Positions 61,655 to 64,000 of a DNA stretch of 64,000 bases are shown piece by piece (position 1 is the first letter of the stretch; each line of letters starts with the position of its first letter). The position numbers and the translations under genes are program-made. The notes under the pieces are model-generated. The model did no database searches. It saw only the letters and a list, made by a program, of their open reading frames with translations, and was not told the DNA's origin. The stretch comes from an uncultured Nitrosomonas sp. (lineage in GTDB: Bacteria > Pseudomonadota > Gammaproteobacteria > Burkholderiales > Nitrosomonadaceae), in the NCBI GenBank assembly GCA_949281375.1, contig CASDLT010000010.1, positions 119,182 through 183,181 of the forward strand, given 5' to 3'.

Positions 61655-64000
61655 ATGTACCGATTTCAGCGCGAAATTTCCTTACCCCTCACCAGTTCGA
61701 TATTCATCATTCTGGGTTTTCTTTTTATTCTCGATCTTTATGCTCCCCTGGGCATATGGGTATGGATATTTTATTTCATCCCGATCGTCATCTCGTTTTT
61801 CTCGTTACAGCCCAATTTTCCTTTTTTGGTCACCTTCCTGATCGCAATTTTTCTTTTTCTGGGCTTTGAGCTGAGTCTACCTGGGGTTGAAGAAAGAATT
61901 GCCCTCATCAACCGTAGTTTGGCGCTCACTTCGTTCCTGGGACTGGCCATTTTAGGCAATGTATTCATCCGCAATCAACTGCAAGTAAAAAAACATAATT
62001 GGCTGATCATGGGACAAAATAAATTGAATAGCGAAATGGCCGGCGACCTGGTGTTGACCGAACTGAGCAATACAATTTTGCGTTTTCTGGTGGATTATTT
62101 GGAAGCCCAAGTCGGGATCATCTATATCAACGACCGGGAAATTTTTCGTCACATGAGTACGTATGGGGTGTCAGTGGATACGGTGTTACCCGACACCATC
62201 AATTCTGAAGATGGTCTGATTGGTCAGGCTCTGAAGGATAATCTTCCCGTCATTTTGTCCGATGTACCCAACGATTATCTCAAGATCGGATCGAGTCTTG
62301 GAAAAAGTTCGCCCCGGCATTTGGTCATTTATCCTTTCGTTTTGAACAAAAAAACGAATTGTATAGTGGAACTGGGCTTTCTAAATTTTCATGCGCAATC
62401 GGCGCGCGATCTGCTCGATTTTGTCAGCAGATCCATCGCCTCAGCGGTGCAGGCAGCGCAAACACATCTGCAAGTGCATGAATTACTGATCGAAACTCAA
62501 CGTCAAAGTGAAGAACTGCATTCCTACAGCGAGGAACTTGATAAGCAAAGCGAATCGCTCAAGCTGTCCAACGCTGAATTGGAACAGCAACAGAAAACCG
62601 TGGAAACCGCCAATCGCCAATTGAAAGAACAATCAAGGATTTTGATCAATCAGAATGAAAGTCTGATCAATGCCAACTTAGCCCTGGAACTTCAGAAACA
62701 AAAACTTACTCAGGTGAGTCGCTACAAATCCGAATTCCTCGCCAATATGTCGCACGAGCTTCGGACACCTCTGAACTCCTCGATCATATTGGCACATTTA
62801 CTGGCCGAGAATCGCGAAGGAAATCTAACGGACCTGCAATTAAAGTATGCACAGACCATTGAAAAGTCGAGCAATGAACTATTATCGCTTATCAATGACA
62901 TTTTGGATTTATCCAAGATTGAAGCGGGCCACATGACGGTTTTGCCGCAAAGAGTCGATATCCTTGAGTTCGTGGCAAGCATGGAAGCTGTTTTTCAACC
63001 GATGAGCAATCAAAAAGGACTTCATTTCCGAAAGGAAATATCTGATCACGCTCCGGAAAGCTTCATCACCGATCCTCTCAGACTGGGTCAAGTCATCAAG
63101 AATTTGCTGTCCAATGCAATCAAGTTCACCGAAACAGGCGAGGTCACATTGTCCGTGACCACAACGCCGGATGCTCAGGTTGCCTTTATGGTCACTGATA
63201 CCGGTATTGGAATATCAGTGGAACAACAATCATTGATTTTTGAACCCTTCGTCCAAGTAGACGGTGCACTGAATCGCAAAAACGGTGGAACAGGTCTCGG
63301 ATTATCGATCTGCCTAGAACTCATTCAACTGTTGAAAGGGAACATTAAACTCGAAAGCAAAGTAGGCTACGGCAGTATTTTCACCGTGTTATTGCCCCCA
63401 GAACTGGATGTGCCGCAACGCCAGCCGGATATTGAATTTTCTCCGGTAATCTCCTCAACCATCGAGAAATCCTTGTTTCAGCCTGCCACATCAGAAATCT
63501 CAGTCGGCCATAGCCAGTTGAATCAACCGGGGCCATACTTCTTACCAAAATCAACGCTGAATGAACCCATAATTCTCATCGTCGAGGATAACCATAACGT
63601 CGCTGGCATCATTTCCGATCTCGCGACTTCTTTTGGATTTCAAGGAATCATTGCAACCACCTCCGAGGATGCGTCCCAGCAGTTACAGCGCCATAGTCCA
63701 ACTCTGCTCATCGTGAACAACCAGTTCAAACAAGATGTTGAAGATGCATTATTGGACACCGATACCCCTGAAATACCACTGCAACTACTATCCGCCCATG
63801 ATTTTTCATCTAATGAACTCACCGATGGCGCCAGGAATTACTCTCTCAAACCCTTCGTTCATCAGAAATTAATGGCTGATTTTCATCGGCTTCAGATGAA
63901 AACCCGACAAAAACTGGCTCATGTGCTGATCATCGAAGATGATCCCATCGAAAGAACGATGATAGGTGTTTTACTCAATTCGAAGAACATTGAAACCGTC
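61655..64000 (+). CDS. Hybrid sensor histidine kinase (TM-GAF-HisKA-HATPase-receivers), truncated by the window end; absent from the ORF track
   Basis: Frame open from ATG 61655 to 64000; 'ANMSHELRTPLNS', 'NLLSNAIKFT', 'GGTGLGLSI'; receiver starts 'ILIVEDN' and 'VLIIEDD'. Confidence 0.93.
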   Translation, partial: MYRFQREISLPLTSSIFIILGFLFILDLYAPLGIWVWIFYFIPIVISFFSLQPNFPFLVTFLIAIFLFLGFELSLPGVEERIALINRSLALTSFLGLAILGNVFIRNQLQVKKHNWLIMGQNKLNSEMAGDLVLTELSNTILRFLVDYLEAQVGIIYINDREIFRHMSTYGVSVDTVLPDTINSEDGLIGQALKDNLPVILSDVPNDYLKIGSSLGKSSPRHLVIYPFVLNKKTNCIVELGFLNFHAQSARDLLDFVSRSIASAVQAAQTHLQVHELLIETQRQSEELHSYSEELDKQSESLKLSNAELEQQQKTVETANRQLKEQSRILINQNESLINANLALELQKQKLTQVSRYKSEFLANMSHELRTPLNSSIILAHLLAENREGNLTDLQLKYAQTIEKSSNELLSLINDILDLSKIEAGHMTVLPQRVDILEFVASMEAVFQPMSNQKGLHFRKEISDHAPESFITDPLRLGQVIKNLLSNAIKFTETGEVTLSVTTTPDAQVAFMVTDTGIGISVEQQSLIFEPFVQVDGALNRKNGGTGLGLSICLELIQLLKGNIKLESKVGYGSIFTVLLPPELDVPQRQPDIEFSPVISSTIEKSLFQPATSEISVGHSQLNQPGPYFLPKSTLNEPIILIVEDNHNVAGIISDLATSFGFQGIIATTSEDASQQLQRHSPTLLIVNNQFKQDVEDALLDTDTPEIPLQLLSAHDFSSNELTDGARNYSLKPFVHQKLMADFHRLQMKTRQKLAHVLIIEDDPIERTMIGVLLNSKNIETV

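Noticed and set aside
163-63822. Numerous short ORFs in the track overlapping longer genes
   Set aside because: Antisense or off-frame shadows of well-supported CDSs, with no motifs or RBS.
1-64000. CRISPR array, rRNA, transposase, prophage or defence genes
   Set aside because: No regularly spaced repeat-spacer array and no such coding motifs seen. The MITE copies are dispersed, not arrayed.

Overview
Chromosomal segment of a Nitrosomonas-like betaproteobacterium. The taxon is inferred from gene content and order, not from a marker search. Core genes are nadC, clpB, dapA-bamC, rfbBD, tilS-accA, sppA, tRNA-Thr(TGT)-sspBA-petCBA, secA, M23 peptidase, DUF721, rnb-tonB-aroE and mgtE, interleaved with accessory DNA. 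Main points: (1) A lipid locus at 1-5735 encodes an NTP-transferase, LptF/LptG paralogs, a CDP-alcohol phosphotransferase, and a 664-aa fusion of a DAGK/ceramide-kinase domain with a Tam41-like cytidylyltransferase domain. It resembles the Caulobacter anionic-sphingolipid (cpg) locus. (2) Five diverged copies of a ~140-147 bp non-coding MITE-like element have GGAAAYGCTGATTAAT-type inverted ends and YTAR target duplications. (3) An OsmC-FMO-TetR-urea-transporter module carries a TetR inactivated twice. (4) Three tiny lipoproteins are present, two of them missed by the ORF track. (5) Also present: egtBD, a fused rlmKL, two Crp/Fnr paralogs, and an atypical sensor-less histidine kinase with a FixJ-like partner. 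No CRISPR array, rRNA, integrase or transposase was seen. All family assignments come from motif recognition by eye; no searches were run.
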